Below, one piece after another: positions 39,215 through 52,244 of a stretch of 64,000 nt of DNA. The notes under the pieces are model-generated. The model was not told the DNA's origin, did no database searches, and worked only from the letters and a program-made list of their open reading frames with translations. The DNA is taken from positions 64,001 through 128,000 of the forward strand of contig CAVXGR010000017.1 of assembly GCA_963761335.1 (NCBI GenBank), in the 5' to 3' direction. Origin of the DNA: an uncultured delta proteobacterium (GTDB lineage Bacteria > Desulfobacterota > Binatia > HRBIN30 > BPIQ01). A program made the position numbers and the translations under genes. Numbering within the stretch: position 1 is the first letter of the stretch; each line of letters starts with the position of its first letter.

Positions 39215-39916
39215 ATGCGAATCCGAGCCCACATTCTCCAGCACGTGCCCTTCGAGGGGCCAGGGATCATCGGAAGCTGGCTGGAGAGCCGCGGGGCCCA
39301 CTGCGGCAGAACGCGTCTCTTCCTGCAGGAGACGCTGCCCGACATCGATGCCTTCGACTGGCTGATCGTCATGGGCGGTCCGATGAGCGCCAACGATGAG
39401 CGGCAGTACTCCTGGCTCACCGCGGAGAAGCGCTTGGTGGCGGCGGCGACGGAGTCGTCCAAGGTGGTGCTCGGCGTGTGTCTCGGCGCGCAGCTGATCG
39501 CCAGCGCTCTCGGAGCGCGCGTCTACGCCAACGGCGAGCGCGAGGTCGGCTGGTTCCCGGTGCACCGCGTCTCCGGCGCTCTGTCTCATCCGATCGGATC
39601 CCTGCTTCCCGAGTGGTTCGACGCCTTTCACTGGCACGGCGACACCTTCGAGCTGCCCGCCGGCGCCGCGCACCTGGCCCGCAGTGCGGCCTGCGCCCAT
39701 CAGGCATTCGCCGTCGGCGAGCGCGTGCTCGGCCTGCAGTTCCATCTGGAGATGACCATGGAGGCGGCGCGCGGCATGATCGACAGCTGCCGCGAGGATC
39801 TGAAGCCGGGGCGCTGGGTGCAGAGCGAGCGGGCCATGCTCGGCTCCGCCGAGACCTTCGAGCGCGGCAACCGCGTCATGGCCGGCGTCCTCGATTTTCT
39901 CGAGGCGCAGGCATAG
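39215..39916 (+). CDS. Class I glutamine amidotransferase (GMP synthase GATase-like)
   Basis: LQHVPFEGPG, MGGPMS, GVCLGAQL, WHGD, QFHLE. Confidence 0.92.
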   Translation: MRIRAHILQHVPFEGPGIIGSWLESRGAHCGRTRLFLQETLPDIDAFDWLIVMGGPMSANDERQYSWLTAEKRLVAAATESSKVVLGVCLGAQLIASALGARVYANGEREVGWFPVHRVSGALSHPIGSLLPEWFDAFHWHGDTFELPAGAAHLARSAACAHQAFAVGERVLGLQFHLEMTMEAARGMIDSCREDLKPGRWVQSERAMLGSAETFERGNRVMAGVLDFLEAQA

Positions 39917-39968
39917 TCGCGGCTGCGCTCGCCTTGCCCCGAGCCCTTCGGAGCCGAGCACGAGAAGA

Positions 39969-40100
39969 GTAGAGGAGGCGTCCCGCCTCCTCGGGGGGCT
40001 GGTGGCGGGGGGTCGGCTCAGCGAAGCGGTGCTCGTAATCGTGCTCGAAAAGGGGAGGCCGGGAGGCTGCCGAGCGCGACTACGAGCACGAGAGCACGAG
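39969..40100. repeat. Family C GTAG palindrome followed by inverted hexamer arrays
   Basis: GTAGAGGAGGCGTCCCGCCTCCTC; GTGCTCGTAATCGTGCTCG ... CGACTACGAGCACGAGAGCACGAG. Confidence 0.7.
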
Positions 40101-40117
40101 AAGAGGCCCGCAGAGGC

Positions 40118-40837
40118 TCATTTTCCGTGCGATACCTTGCGCATCAGCTCTTCCATCGTCTGCATCTGTAGCTCCTGGATCTCCAGCAGTCGCTGCCACT
40201 GGTGGGCGAGCAGCTGATCCATCTTGGCGGTCAGGTTGCGGATCTCCAGCTCGGCTTTCAGGTTGATCACGTAGTCGTTCTCGGCGCGCAGCCGATCCCT
40301 CGCCTCCTGGCGGTTCTGGCTCATCATGATGATCGGCGCCTGCAACGCCGCCAGGCAGGAGAGCACCAGGTTGAGGAGAATGAAGGGGTAGGGGTCGAAC
40401 GGCTGGCGGAGCAGGGCGATGCTGTTGACGATGATCCACACCACCAGCACGCCGCCGAAGCTGAGGATGAAGCGCCAGCTGCCGCCGAACTCCGCCACCT
40501 TGTCGGCGATGTGCTCGCCGAAGGTGAGCTGGCGCTCGAAGGTCTCGTTGATGTTCTCGGAGAGGACCTCCTGCTCCTGGACGCTGCGCACGACCTCCTG
40601 CTCGAGGCTGGAGAGCTCTCCTTTTTCCAGCTCCAGCATGTCCTCCACGTACTGGCCGCGATAGCGACTCAGGTCGGGAAGGCAGATCAGGTCGGTCGGA
40701 GACCACTCGGGGTGGTCCTGTCGGATGAGCTCGACGATAGGCGAGCGCACCAGCTCGCCGGAAACGAAATCTCCCGATTTGCGCTGCTGCTTGCAGATCG
40801 GACACTGGATCGTGGCGGCTCCTCGGTGTCGCGTCAT
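40118..40837 (-). CDS. DUF1003 domain membrane protein
   Basis: AD.VA.FGGSW.FI, FDPYPFILLNLVLS, QAPIIMMSQNRQ. Confidence 0.93.
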   Translation of the reverse strand: MTRHRGAATIQCPICKQQRKSGDFVSGELVRSPIVELIRQDHPEWSPTDLICLPDLSRYRGQYVEDMLELEKGELSSLEQEVVRSVQEQEVLSENINETFERQLTFGEHIADKVAEFGGSWRFILSFGGVLVVWIIVNSIALLRQPFDPYPFILLNLVLSCLAALQAPIIMMSQNRQEARDRLRAENDYVINLKAELEIRNLTAKMDQLLAHQWQRLLEIQELQMQTMEELMRKVSHGK

Positions 40838-40911
40838 GGCTCCTCCACCTCCTCGGGCGCCTTTGTAGCGCCAGCCCGCGCGACGCCGCAATCCGAGACC
40901 CCGGGTCAAGC

Positions 40912-40995
40912 CCCGGGCAAACCAACGCCGCCGACCCGCGGGCCGAAGTAGAAGCGGCGTCTCGCCGCTTCTACTCTGCTTCTGAGACTTCTTGC
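40912..40995 (+). repeat. Degenerate family B element (single REP unit)
   Basis: CCCGGGCAAA...CCCGCGGGCCGAAGTAGAAGCGGCGTCTCGCCGCTTCTACT...TTCTGAGAC. Confidence 0.75.
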
Positions 40996-41051
40996 GGATT
41001 CCTTCCCCCGCGGACGGGGTGTAGGATGCGCTCCAAAAGGAGGACGCACAC

Positions 41052-41333
41052 ATGCCGAGAGCGAGCTGGAACGGCGTGGTCCTGGCGGAGAGCGATCGCT
41101 GCGAGGTGGTGGAAGGCAACCAGTACTTTCCACCCGATTCCCTCCGCCGCGAGCACTTCCGCGAGAGCGCCGAGCACACCGTCTGTCCCTGGAAGGGTAC
41201 GGCGAGCTACTACGATGTGGTGGTGAACGGCGACGTCAACCGCGGCGCTGCCGGGTACTACCCGGCGCCCAAGGAGGCGGCGAAGAACATCGAGGGCTAC
41301 GTCGCCTTCTGGCGCGGGGTCGAGGTCGAATGA
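41052..41333 (+). CDS. DUF427 domain protein
   Basis: VEGNQYFP, CPWKGTASYY, YVAFW; RBS AGGAGG. Confidence 0.92.
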   Translation: MPRASWNGVVLAESDRCEVVEGNQYFPPDSLRREHFRESAEHTVCPWKGTASYYDVVVNGDVNRGAAGYYPAPKEAAKNIEGYVAFWRGVEVE

Positions 41334-41368
41334 CCGCCGCCGGAGGAAGCCGCGGCGAGGGAGCATCG

Positions 41369-42067
41369 ATGTCTGCGCCGGTGTGCGTGGTCACCGGAGT
41401 GGGGCCGGGAAACGGCGCCGCCTTCTCGCGCCGATTCGCCGCCGACGGCTATCGCGTCGCCATGATGGCGCGCTCCGAGGAGCGCCTGCACGCCCTGGAA
41501 AAGGAGATTTCCGGCACGCGCGGCTACGCCGTCGATGTCGGCGATCCCGAGGCCGTGCGCCAGACCTTCGCGCGCCTTCGCGGGGATCTGGGGCCGGTGA
41601 AGGTGCTGGTGCACAATGCCGGCAGCGGCGTCTTCAGCGACTTCATGAACACCACCGTGGAGAGCCTCGAGCAGGCCTGGCGCACCAACACCCTGGCGCT
41701 CCTGGTGTGCGGCCAGGAGGCGGCGCGCGACATGGCCGACGGGGGCGGCAGCATCGTGGTGATCGGGGCCACCGCCTCGCTGCGCGGCGGCGCCAACTTC
41801 GCGCCCTTCGCCTCGGCGAAGGCGGCGCAGCGCTCGCTGGCGCAGTCGATGGCCCGCAGCCTCGGCTCCCAGGGTATCCATGTCGCCTACGTGGTCATCG
41901 ACGGCGTGATCGACCTCCCTCGCACGCGACAGATGATGCCCAACAAGCCCGAGGAGTCTTTCCTGCAGCCCGACGACATCGCCGATGCGGTGTCGATGCT
42001 GGTGCGGCAGAAGCCCTCCGCATGGACCTTCGAGCTCGACGTCCGCCCCTTCTGCGAGAAGTGGTAG
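41369..42067 (+). CDS. Short-chain dehydrogenase/reductase
   Basis: VTGVGPGNG, HNAG, F...K, VVIDGVID, AWTFELDVRP. Confidence 0.92.
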   Translation: MSAPVCVVTGVGPGNGAAFSRRFAADGYRVAMMARSEERLHALEKEISGTRGYAVDVGDPEAVRQTFARLRGDLGPVKVLVHNAGSGVFSDFMNTTVESLEQAWRTNTLALLVCGQEAARDMADGGGSIVVIGATASLRGGANFAPFASAKAAQRSLAQSMARSLGSQGIHVAYVVIDGVIDLPRTRQMMPNKPEESFLQPDDIADAVSMLVRQKPSAWTFELDVRPFCEKW

Positions 42068-42139
42068 GCGCGGCGGCCGCTGTCGGAGGCGGTCGCCGCC
42101 CTGATGCATGCGGGCTGCGCCTCCCCACTTCGCTAAGTC

Positions 42140-42625
42140 CTACAGTAGCTCGTTGAGCACATCTTCCACGTCGGTTGTCCAGCGGTCTCCCGCCACCACG
42201 ACCTTCTGCGACAACCGACCAGGGCAGGACGCGTGTGGATCGAGGTCCCCGGTTGCGACAAAACGAAAGTCCCAGGCTTCGCTGATCGGGTGCAGGCAAG
42301 CTGCGAGCACCTCGAATTGCGAGGCCTTGTAGTAGCGGCTGCAAGGGTCGTTCTTCGAGGCTCTGGTCTTCTGAAAATCGACGCGTGGACCCTGGGGTGA
42401 TCGATTGCGGAGGACATTCTTGCATTCGATCCGGAACAGCCGATCCTTGTACACAAGCTCAAAGTCAGGCTTGCCGTCCTCATCGATCGCTGTCACGCGC
42501 GACAGCGTGGGTATGGTCTTAAGGTGCTCGCCGAGATGGTGCTCGGCTACGGCACCGAACACCGCGGCGCGCAAGCGGAACGCCCCGTCGATCGGGGCCG
42601 ATGACTCAGCGATAAGCCGTGTCAT
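42140..42625 (-). pseudogene. C-terminal remnant of a PD-(D/E)xK restriction-endonuclease-like gene
   Basis: G.VAE..L...PDFE...IECKN motif; visibly lower GC; apparent start lies inside the upstream gene. Confidence 0.55.
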
Positions 42626-43550
42626 TCACGCCTTCGCCGCGGAGGGCCTGGCGCATGCCGGGGATCTGCATGGCGCTGGTTGCGGCGGCGACCGCAAATC
42701 CGAGCGGCAGCTCGTACCAAGCGACATCGTAGTAGCGCCTGAGCCACAGTAGCCGTGCGCTGCTGCGGGCCATGGTAATGGCGGCAAAAATGGGAATGGA
42801 TGCCGGGCCGAGCTGGAGCAGCCAGGCGAGTCGCGCCTGCGAAGGCGTCTGGCGGATAGCAATGGTGGCCCAGCCGGCATTGCGCGAAATGTCGCGTTCC
42901 ATGCTCCATCCGCCGAAGGCGTGAACGACGCCCGCTCCGGGCTCGAACCAGAGGCGCCTGCCGTCGCGCATGAGGGACCCGGCTAGGAGACCCGCCACGA
43001 AGGGGTTGTCGCTCTCCGGGAAGGGGTGAAGCAGCAGGGCGTCCCGGCGGAAGGCAGCGTTGTTGCCGGAGATGTGATGATTCGGACCCGCGACGCCGCG
43101 GTCGACATAGGAGCGCGACAGCAGCGCCAGAATCCGTTCGAGCGCGGTGGCGCTGCCGTACATTGTGCGTCCGCTCACCGCCACGACGTCATTGCTCTTT
43201 GCAAAGGGCGCGGTGAGGGCGCGCAGCCAGTCGCGATCCGGGACGCAGTCCGCGTCGAGAAAGGCGATGATCTCGGCCCGCGCCTCGCGGATGCCGTGAT
43301 TGCGCAGTCCGAAGGAGGTCTCTGCGGGCGAGAAGACGACCCGCGCCCCCGGGAGCATTTCGGTCAGATCGGCCGGCACACGGTCCCGAAAGCGGGCGCT
43401 CTCCATCACCAAGCACTCGAGCGTCCCGGCGAAAGTCTGGTGCGCCAGTGCCTCGAGCGACGCGCGCAGCCCGTCGAAGGTCTCGAGGGAACCGGCGGCG
43501 TAGTCCGCGAGGACCACTACGCTGAGCTCCGGCTTCAATTCTTCCGCCAT
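42606..43550 (-). CDS. Glycosyltransferase family 2
   Basis: LSVVV, RNHGI..ARAEIIAFLDADC, GNNAAFRR. Confidence 0.88.
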   Translation of the reverse strand: MAEELKPELSVVVLADYAAGSLETFDGLRASLEALAHQTFAGTLECLVMESARFRDRVPADLTEMLPGARVVFSPAETSFGLRNHGIREARAEIIAFLDADCVPDRDWLRALTAPFAKSNDVVAVSGRTMYGSATALERILALLSRSYVDRGVAGPNHHISGNNAAFRRDALLLHPFPESDNPFVAGLLAGSLMRDGRRLWFEPGAGVVHAFGGWSMERDISRNAGWATIAIRQTPSQARLAWLLQLGPASIPIFAAITMARSSARLLWLRRYYDVAWYELPLGFAVAAATSAMQIPGMRQALRGEGVNDTAYR

Positions 43551-43552
43551 GA

Positions 43553-43933
43553 TCACCGCCGGTCGACGATCAGCTCGATCACGTGGCCGTCGGGGTCCTT
43601 GACCCACATCTGGCCGCTCTCGCGGCTGGTCTCGAGCACCTCGAGGCCGCGCTCGCGCAGGTGGGCGAGGGCGCTCTCGTAATCGGCGATGCCGAAGGCG
43701 GCGTGGCGGCCCATGGGGTTGAGCGACTCCGGCGGAGCGCCGACGTCGACGCCCTCGGGCGCTTGGATGAGATGCACCTCGCAGGGGCCCGCCTGGTACC
43801 AGACTCCGGGAAAGCCGAAGTCGGGGCGCGGCTTCTGGCGCAGGCCGAGTACGCCTTCGTAAAACTCGCGGGAGCGCTGCAGGTCGCGGACGGGAAACGA
43901 CATGTGGTGGGCGCCGGTGAGTGTCAGGGACAT
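43553..43933 (-). CDS. VOC/glyoxalase family protein
   Basis: HHMSFPVRDL..S..FY..VLGL, H.AF, DPDGHVIEL; RBS GGAGG. Confidence 0.92.
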   Translation of the reverse strand: MSLTLTGAHHMSFPVRDLQRSREFYEGVLGLRQKPRPDFGFPGVWYQAGPCEVHLIQAPEGVDVGAPPESLNPMGRHAAFGIADYESALAHLRERGLEVLETSRESGQMWVKDPDGHVIELIVDRR

Positions 43934-43967
43934 CGGGTATCCTCCAGGAATTGTTGCGAAGCCGCTC

Positions 43968-44900
43968 TCAGGCGGGGGCCTGGCTGCGCCGCAGCGCCTC
44001 GGCTTCGATGAAGATGTTGGTGACCTCGGGGTACTCGCGGCGCACGCTGGCCTCGACGCGGTCGACGGCCGCGGCAACCTCATCGCTGGAAATGCGCGGC
44101 TTGAACTCCAAATCCAGGTTGAGGAGGATCTGCCGCGGGGCGAGGTGCATGGTCAGCGTGCGCCGCACGCGCTCGACGGCGGGGTCCGACTCGGCGAGCT
44201 GGCGGATGCGGAGTACGGTTCGCGGATCGGCGCTCTCGCCGACCAGCAGCCCCCGCGTCTCGATGGCGAGGAACACTGCCACCGCGGCCAGCACCACGCC
44301 GATGCCGATGGAGGCGCAGCCGTCGAGACGCGGATCGCCGAGACGCAGCGAGAGATAGATGCCCAGGAAGGCGATGGCGATGCCGACGATGGCGGCGAAG
44401 TCCTCCCCCAGCACCGTGAAGATCGCAGGGTCCTTGCTGTTGTGCAGCGCCCGCCAGAAAGGCTCTCCGGGGTGGCGGGCGCGGAACTGGCGAAAGGCGA
44501 TGGTGAAGGAGGCCCCCTCGGCGATGACGGCGATCCCCAGGACGGCGTAGCTCCAGATCGGGTTGCGGATCTCCTCCGGGTTCGCGATGTGGGCGATGCC
44601 CTCGTACACGGACATGCCGCCCCCGAGCCCGAAGAGGAGAATGGCGACGATGAGGCTCCAGAAGTAGAGCTCCTTGCCATGGCCGAAAGGATGCATCTCG
44701 TCCGCGGGGCGCTGACTGCGGTGGATGCCGAGCAGCAGCAGCACCTCGTTGCCGGTGTCGACGACCGAGTGAATCCCCTCGGAGAGCATCGCGGAGCTGC
44801 CGGTGACGAAGGCGGCGACGAACTTGCTGATGGCGATCAGCAGGTTCGCGGCCATGGCGCCGTATACGGCGATCGGCTTCTCCGAGGAGCTGCCGGGCAT
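43968..44900 (-). CDS. Cation diffusion facilitator transporter
   Basis: SSAMLSEGIHSVVD, HPFGHGKE, ED, LLVGE. Confidence 0.93.
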   Translation of the reverse strand: MPGSSSEKPIAVYGAMAANLLIAISKFVAAFVTGSSAMLSEGIHSVVDTGNEVLLLLGIHRSQRPADEMHPFGHGKELYFWSLIVAILLFGLGGGMSVYEGIAHIANPEEIRNPIWSYAVLGIAVIAEGASFTIAFRQFRARHPGEPFWRALHNSKDPAIFTVLGEDFAAIVGIAIAFLGIYLSLRLGDPRLDGCASIGIGVVLAAVAVFLAIETRGLLVGESADPRTVLRIRQLAESDPAVERVRRTLTMHLAPRQILLNLDLEFKPRISSDEVAAAVDRVEASVRREYPEVTNIFIEAEALRRSQAPA

Positions 44901-44955
44901 GGGCGTCAGTCATCCGCCAGCAGCAGCGGCGCGTCAAGGCGCAAAAGCTGGGAGC

Positions 44956-45000
44956 GCGGGAGCGGGGACAGCGGGAGCGGGGACAGCGGGAGCGGGGACA
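44956..45000. repeat. Perfect 15-bp triple tandem repeat
   Basis: GCGGGAGCGGGGACA x3. Confidence 0.92.
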
Positions 45001-45070
45001 GGCACCTTTTCGGCGGGTGGCGACGCCTCATGACCCGTCACCTTCCTGCGCCGAAAAGGAGCCCGTCCCC
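44994..45070. repeat. REP-like family D overlapping the treZ 3' end
   Basis: GGGGACAGGCACCTTTTCGGCG ... CGCCGAAAAGGAGCCCGTCCCC. Confidence 0.85.
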
Positions 45071-46926
45071 ATTGTCTCCGCAATCACCGCTCCCGGCCGC
45101 TCAAATCGCACGACCGTCTCAGTGCCCTCCGTCTCGAGCTGTATCGGGGCCGCGTCGGACACAAAGCGCTCCTCCTCCGTGGTCAGCAGTGCCGACCACC
45201 TCTCACCGGCAAGCCGGACGGCACCCCTGCCGCGCAGCTGCACGACCACTGCCAACTCCGCGCCGCTGCGCTCTCGTCGCCGCAGGACGAGCGCGTCGTT
45301 GCCGACAGCGTCGGCGCTGAAGCCGCTCCAGCCGTCTGCGGCCAGGAGCGGATGACCGCGGCGCAGGCGCAGCAACTCGGTGTAGAGCCGCCGCACGCCG
45401 GCGTGTGGCTCGCTCTCCGCTTCCGCCCAGTCGAGGCGGCTGCGCCGGAAGGTCTCCTCCGCTTGCGGATCGGGAATGCGCTCGCGTACCTCCAGGTCCG
45501 AGAAGGCGGAGAAGTGCCGGAACTCGCGCCGGCGGCCCTCCGTCACCAGCTTGCCCAGCTCGGGGTTGTGGTCGGTGAAGTAGAGAAACGGCGCGCTCGC
45601 CGCCCACTCCTGTCCCATGAACAGCAGCGGCGTCTCCGGAGCGCAGAGCAGCAACGCCGAGGCGGCGCGAAAGGCGGCGGGCTCGATCTGCTGATGGAGC
45701 CGCTCGCCGAAGGCGCGGTTGCCGACCTGGTCGTGGTTCTGCAGACAGATGACCAGCTGCTCGGGCGACAGCCGCGCCGGATCGGTGCCGCGCGGTCCGC
45801 CGCCGTGCGCCGAGTGTTGGCCGCAGAAGAACCAGCCGCGCCGCAGCGTGGTCGCCAGATCGGCGGCGGAGCCGCTGAAATCCTGGAAGTAGCCCTCGCT
45901 GTCGCCGGCGAGCCCGCGCCGCACCTGATGGTGGAAGTCGTCCGCCCAGACGGCGTCGAGCCCCCAGCCGCCGGCCGAGCGCGGCCCGATCATCTCCGCG
46001 AGGTTGCGGTGGTCCTCGGCGATCAGCAGGTGATGCTGCCCGCGCCGCGCTCCGCCGCTTGCCGCGTCCCGTACGGCCTGCGCCAGCTCGTCCAGAAAGT
46101 GGACGGGGCTGTCGTCGATCAGCGCGTGGGTGGCGTCCAGGCGCAGGCCGTCGATGTGGTACTCGCGCAGCCAGTGCAGGGCATTGTCGATCAGGAAGCG
46201 GCGCACCATGCGACTGTGCGGGCCGTCGAGGTTCACCGCCGCGCCCCAGGGAGTCTGGTGGCGCTCGGTGAAGTAGTAGGGGCTGAAGGTCCCCAGATAA
46301 TTTCCGTCCGGGCCGAGGTGGTTGTAGACGACGTCGAGAATCACGGCGAGACCGAGACCGTGCGCCGCGTCGACCAGCCGTCGCAGGTCGTCCGGAGGGC
46401 CGTAGCAACGCGCCGGCGCGAACAGGTCGACGCCGTCGTAGCCCCAGTTGCGCCGCCCGGGAAAGTCGGCGACCGGCATGATCTCCACGGCGGTGACGCC
46501 GAGGTCGTGCAGGTCCGACAGGCGCTCGGCGGCAGCGGCAAAGGTACCCCCGGGCGTGAAGGTGCCGACGTGCAGCTCGTAGATCACCGCGTCGCCCAGG
46601 GCGATGCCGCGCCACTCGCCGTCCGACCAGGCGAAGCTCTGTCCGTCGACGACCGCGGAAGAGCCGTGTACACCGTCGGGCTGGAAGCGGGAGGCGGGAT
46701 CCGGGAAAGCCGCGCCGCCATCCAGCCGATATCGGTAGCGCGCCCCGGCGCCGGCGCCCGCGACGAGGCCCTCGAAGACGCCGTCGGCGTTCTTGCGCAG
46801 CGGCAGCAGCGCCTCCGGGTCGGCATCGAGAACCACTTCGACCCTCTGGTGCTCCGGGGCCCAGACGCGGAAGAGCGTGTCGCGGGCGTTGGCGTGGGCG
46901 CCGAAGAACGGCTCTCTGGGGTTCAC
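45028..46926 (-). CDS. treZ: Malto-oligosyltrehalose trehalohydrolase
   Basis: GTG start overlapping the glg[48 protein letters not shown]. Confidence 0.93.
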   Translation of the reverse strand: MNPREPFFGAHANARDTLFRVWAPEHQRVEVVLDADPEALLPLRKNADGVFEGLVAGAGAGARYRYRLDGGAAFPDPASRFQPDGVHGSSAVVDGQSFAWSDGEWRGIALGDAVIYELHVGTFTPGGTFAAAAERLSDLHDLGVTAVEIMPVADFPGRRNWGYDGVDLFAPARCYGPPDDLRRLVDAAHGLGLAVILDVVYNHLGPDGNYLGTFSPYYFTERHQTPWGAAVNLDGPHSRMVRRFLIDNALHWLREYHIDGLRLDATHALIDDSPVHFLDELAQAVRDAASGGARRGQHHLLIAEDHRNLAEMIGPRSAGGWGLDAVWADDFHHQVRRGLAGDSEGYFQDFSGSAADLATTLRRGWFFCGQHSAHGGGPRGTDPARLSPEQLVICLQNHDQVGNRAFGERLHQQIEPAAFRAASALLLCAPETPLLFMGQEWAASAPFLYFTDHNPELGKLVTEGRRREFRHFSAFSDLEVRERIPDPQAEETFRRSRLDWAEAESEPHAGVRRLYTELLRLRRGHPLLAADGWSGFSADAVGNDALVLRRRERSGAELAVVVQLRGRGAVRLAGERWSALLTTEEERFVSDAAPIQLETEGTETVVRFERPGAVIAETMGTGSFSAQEGDGS

Positions 46927-48839
46927 TTCTTGAACACGACCATCCCCAGCGGCGGCAGGGTGACGTTGATCGACTGCGCGTGCCCGTGCCAGGCGATCGG
47001 CGCGGTGTTGACACCGCCGACGTTTCCCTGGCCGCTGCCGCCGTACAGCTGCGCGTCGCTGTTGAGAACCTCGCGCCAGAAGCCGTCCGACGGCACGCCG
47101 ATGCGGTAGTTGTGCCGGGGTATCGGGGTGAAGTTGCAGCCGACCACCAGGACCTCGTTTGGTGACTTGCCGCGCCGCAGAAAGGTGAGGGTGCTCTGCT
47201 CGGCGTCGTTGCAGTCGATCCAGGAGAAACCGCCGGGATCGGTGTCGAGCTCGTGCATCCCCGGCTCGCCGCGGTAGAAGGTGTTGAGGTCGCGCACCCA
47301 GCGCTGCATGCCGCGGTGGCTCTCGAACTGCAGCAGGTGCCACTCGATGCTGCCCTCGTGGCTCCACTCCGCCCACTGCGCGATCTCGCCTCCCATGAAC
47401 AGCAGCTTCTTGCCCGGCTGCGCGTACATGTAGCCGAAGAGCAGGCGCAGATTGGCGAACTTCTGCCAGTAGTCGCCGGGCATCTTCCCCAGCAGCGAGC
47501 CTTTGCCGTAGACGACCTCGTCGTGCGAGAGCGGCATGACGAAGTGCTCGCTGAAGGCATAGACCATACGGAAGGACAGCTCTCCGTGGTGGTGCCGCCG
47601 GTGAATCGGATCGCGCGACATGTATAGCAAGGTGTCGTGCATCCAGCCCATGTCCCATTTCATTCCGAAGCCGAGACCGCCGACGTACGTCGGCCGCGAT
47701 ACCATCGGCCACGCGGTCGATTCCTCGGCGATCGTCTGGATGCCGGGATGGCTGCGATACGCCTCGGTGTTGAACTCGCGCAAAAAGCTGATCGCCTCCA
47801 GGTTCTCGCGCCCGCCGTGGACGTTGGGGATCCACTCTCCTTCCTGCCGCGAGTAGTCGAGGTAGAGCATGGAGGCAACGGCGTCCACGCGCAGGCCGTC
47901 GATGTGATACTGGCTCAGCCAGAAGAGGGCGTTGCTGATGAGGAAGGCGCGCACCTCGTTGCGGCCGTAGTTGAAGATGAAGCTGTTCCAGTCCGGGTGA
48001 AATCCCTGGCGCGGATCGCCGTGCTCGTACAGATGCGTGCCGTCGAAGAATCCGAGCCCGTGCTCGTCGGTGGGGAAATGCGATGGCACCCAGTCGAGGA
48101 TGACGCCGATGCCGCGCTGGTGCAGGTGGTCGATCAGGTACATCAGGTCCTGAGGCGTGCCGTAGCGGCTGGTCGGCGCGTAGAAGCCGGTGGTCTGGTA
48201 TCCCCACGAGCCGTAGAACGGATGCTCCGTCAGCGGCAGGAACTCGATGTGAGTGAATCCCATGTCGTGGGCGTAGTCGGCGAGCAGCGGCGCCAGCTCG
48301 CGATAGGTGAGGTGTCGGTTCTCCTCCTCGGGCACGCGCCGCCACGAGCCGAGATGGATCTCGTAGATGGAGATCGGCGCCTCCAGCGAGCCGCGCTGCT
48401 CGCGGGTCTCCATCCAGCCCTGGTCCCCCCACGCATAGTCGAGCGGCCAGACCTGCGAGCCGGTGCGCGGCGGTACCTCGGTGTGGAAGGCGAAGGGATC
48501 GGCCTTGTCGGCGGCGTAGCCCTGGAAGCGCGAGGAGACGCGATACTTGTACTTTGCGCCGCCGCCGACGCCCGCGATCGCCCCTTCCCAGATGCCGGAG
48601 CTGCCGCGCGGACGGAGCGGATGCCGGCTCTTGTCCCAGCCGTTGAAATCGCCCATCACACAGACGCGCTCCGCGTTCGGAGCCCAGACCGCAAAGTAGG
48701 TTCCCTCCGTACCGTCGACGCTCACCGGGTGGGACCCGAGCTTCTCGTAGAGCCGAAAATGCTTGCCCTCGTTGAACAGGTGCAGGTCCTGGTCTCCGAG
48801 GAGACTCACGTCGGTGCGTACGGAAGCGATATCGTTCAT
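46923..48839 (-). CDS. glgB: 1,4-alpha-glucan branching enzyme
   Basis: [39 protein letters not shown]. Confidence 0.96.
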   Translation of the reverse strand: MNDIASVRTDVSLLGDQDLHLFNEGKHFRLYEKLGSHPVSVDGTEGTYFAVWAPNAERVCVMGDFNGWDKSRHPLRPRGSSGIWEGAIAGVGGGAKYKYRVSSRFQGYAADKADPFAFHTEVPPRTGSQVWPLDYAWGDQGWMETREQRGSLEAPISIYEIHLGSWRRVPEEENRHLTYRELAPLLADYAHDMGFTHIEFLPLTEHPFYGSWGYQTTGFYAPTSRYGTPQDLMYLIDHLHQRGIGVILDWVPSHFPTDEHGLGFFDGTHLYEHGDPRQGFHPDWNSFIFNYGRNEVRAFLISNALFWLSQYHIDGLRVDAVASMLYLDYSRQEGEWIPNVHGGRENLEAISFLREFNTEAYRSHPGIQTIAEESTAWPMVSRPTYVGGLGFGMKWDMGWMHDTLLYMSRDPIHRRHHHGELSFRMVYAFSEHFVMPLSHDEVVYGKGSLLGKMPGDYWQKFANLRLLFGYMYAQPGKKLLFMGGEIAQWAEWSHEGSIEWHLLQFESHRGMQRWVRDLNTFYRGEPGMHELDTDPGGFSWIDCNDAEQSTLTFLRRGKSPNEVLVVGCNFTPIPRHNYRIGVPSDGFWREVLNSDAQLYGGSGQGNVGGVNTAPIAWHGHAQSINVTLPPLGMVVFKK

Positions 48840-48879
48840 GGTTCTCCTTTGAGGCGAGGCGGACGACGGTCCGCGTCGC

Positions 48880-52230
<3,351 letters not shown>

Positions 52231-52244
52231 GGGCGCGGTTTTCC

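Noticed and set aside
46927..48432. Apparent 500-aa N-terminal extension of TreZ
   Set aside because: Alternative frame over glgB; the real start is the GTG at 46926, overlapping the glgB stop.
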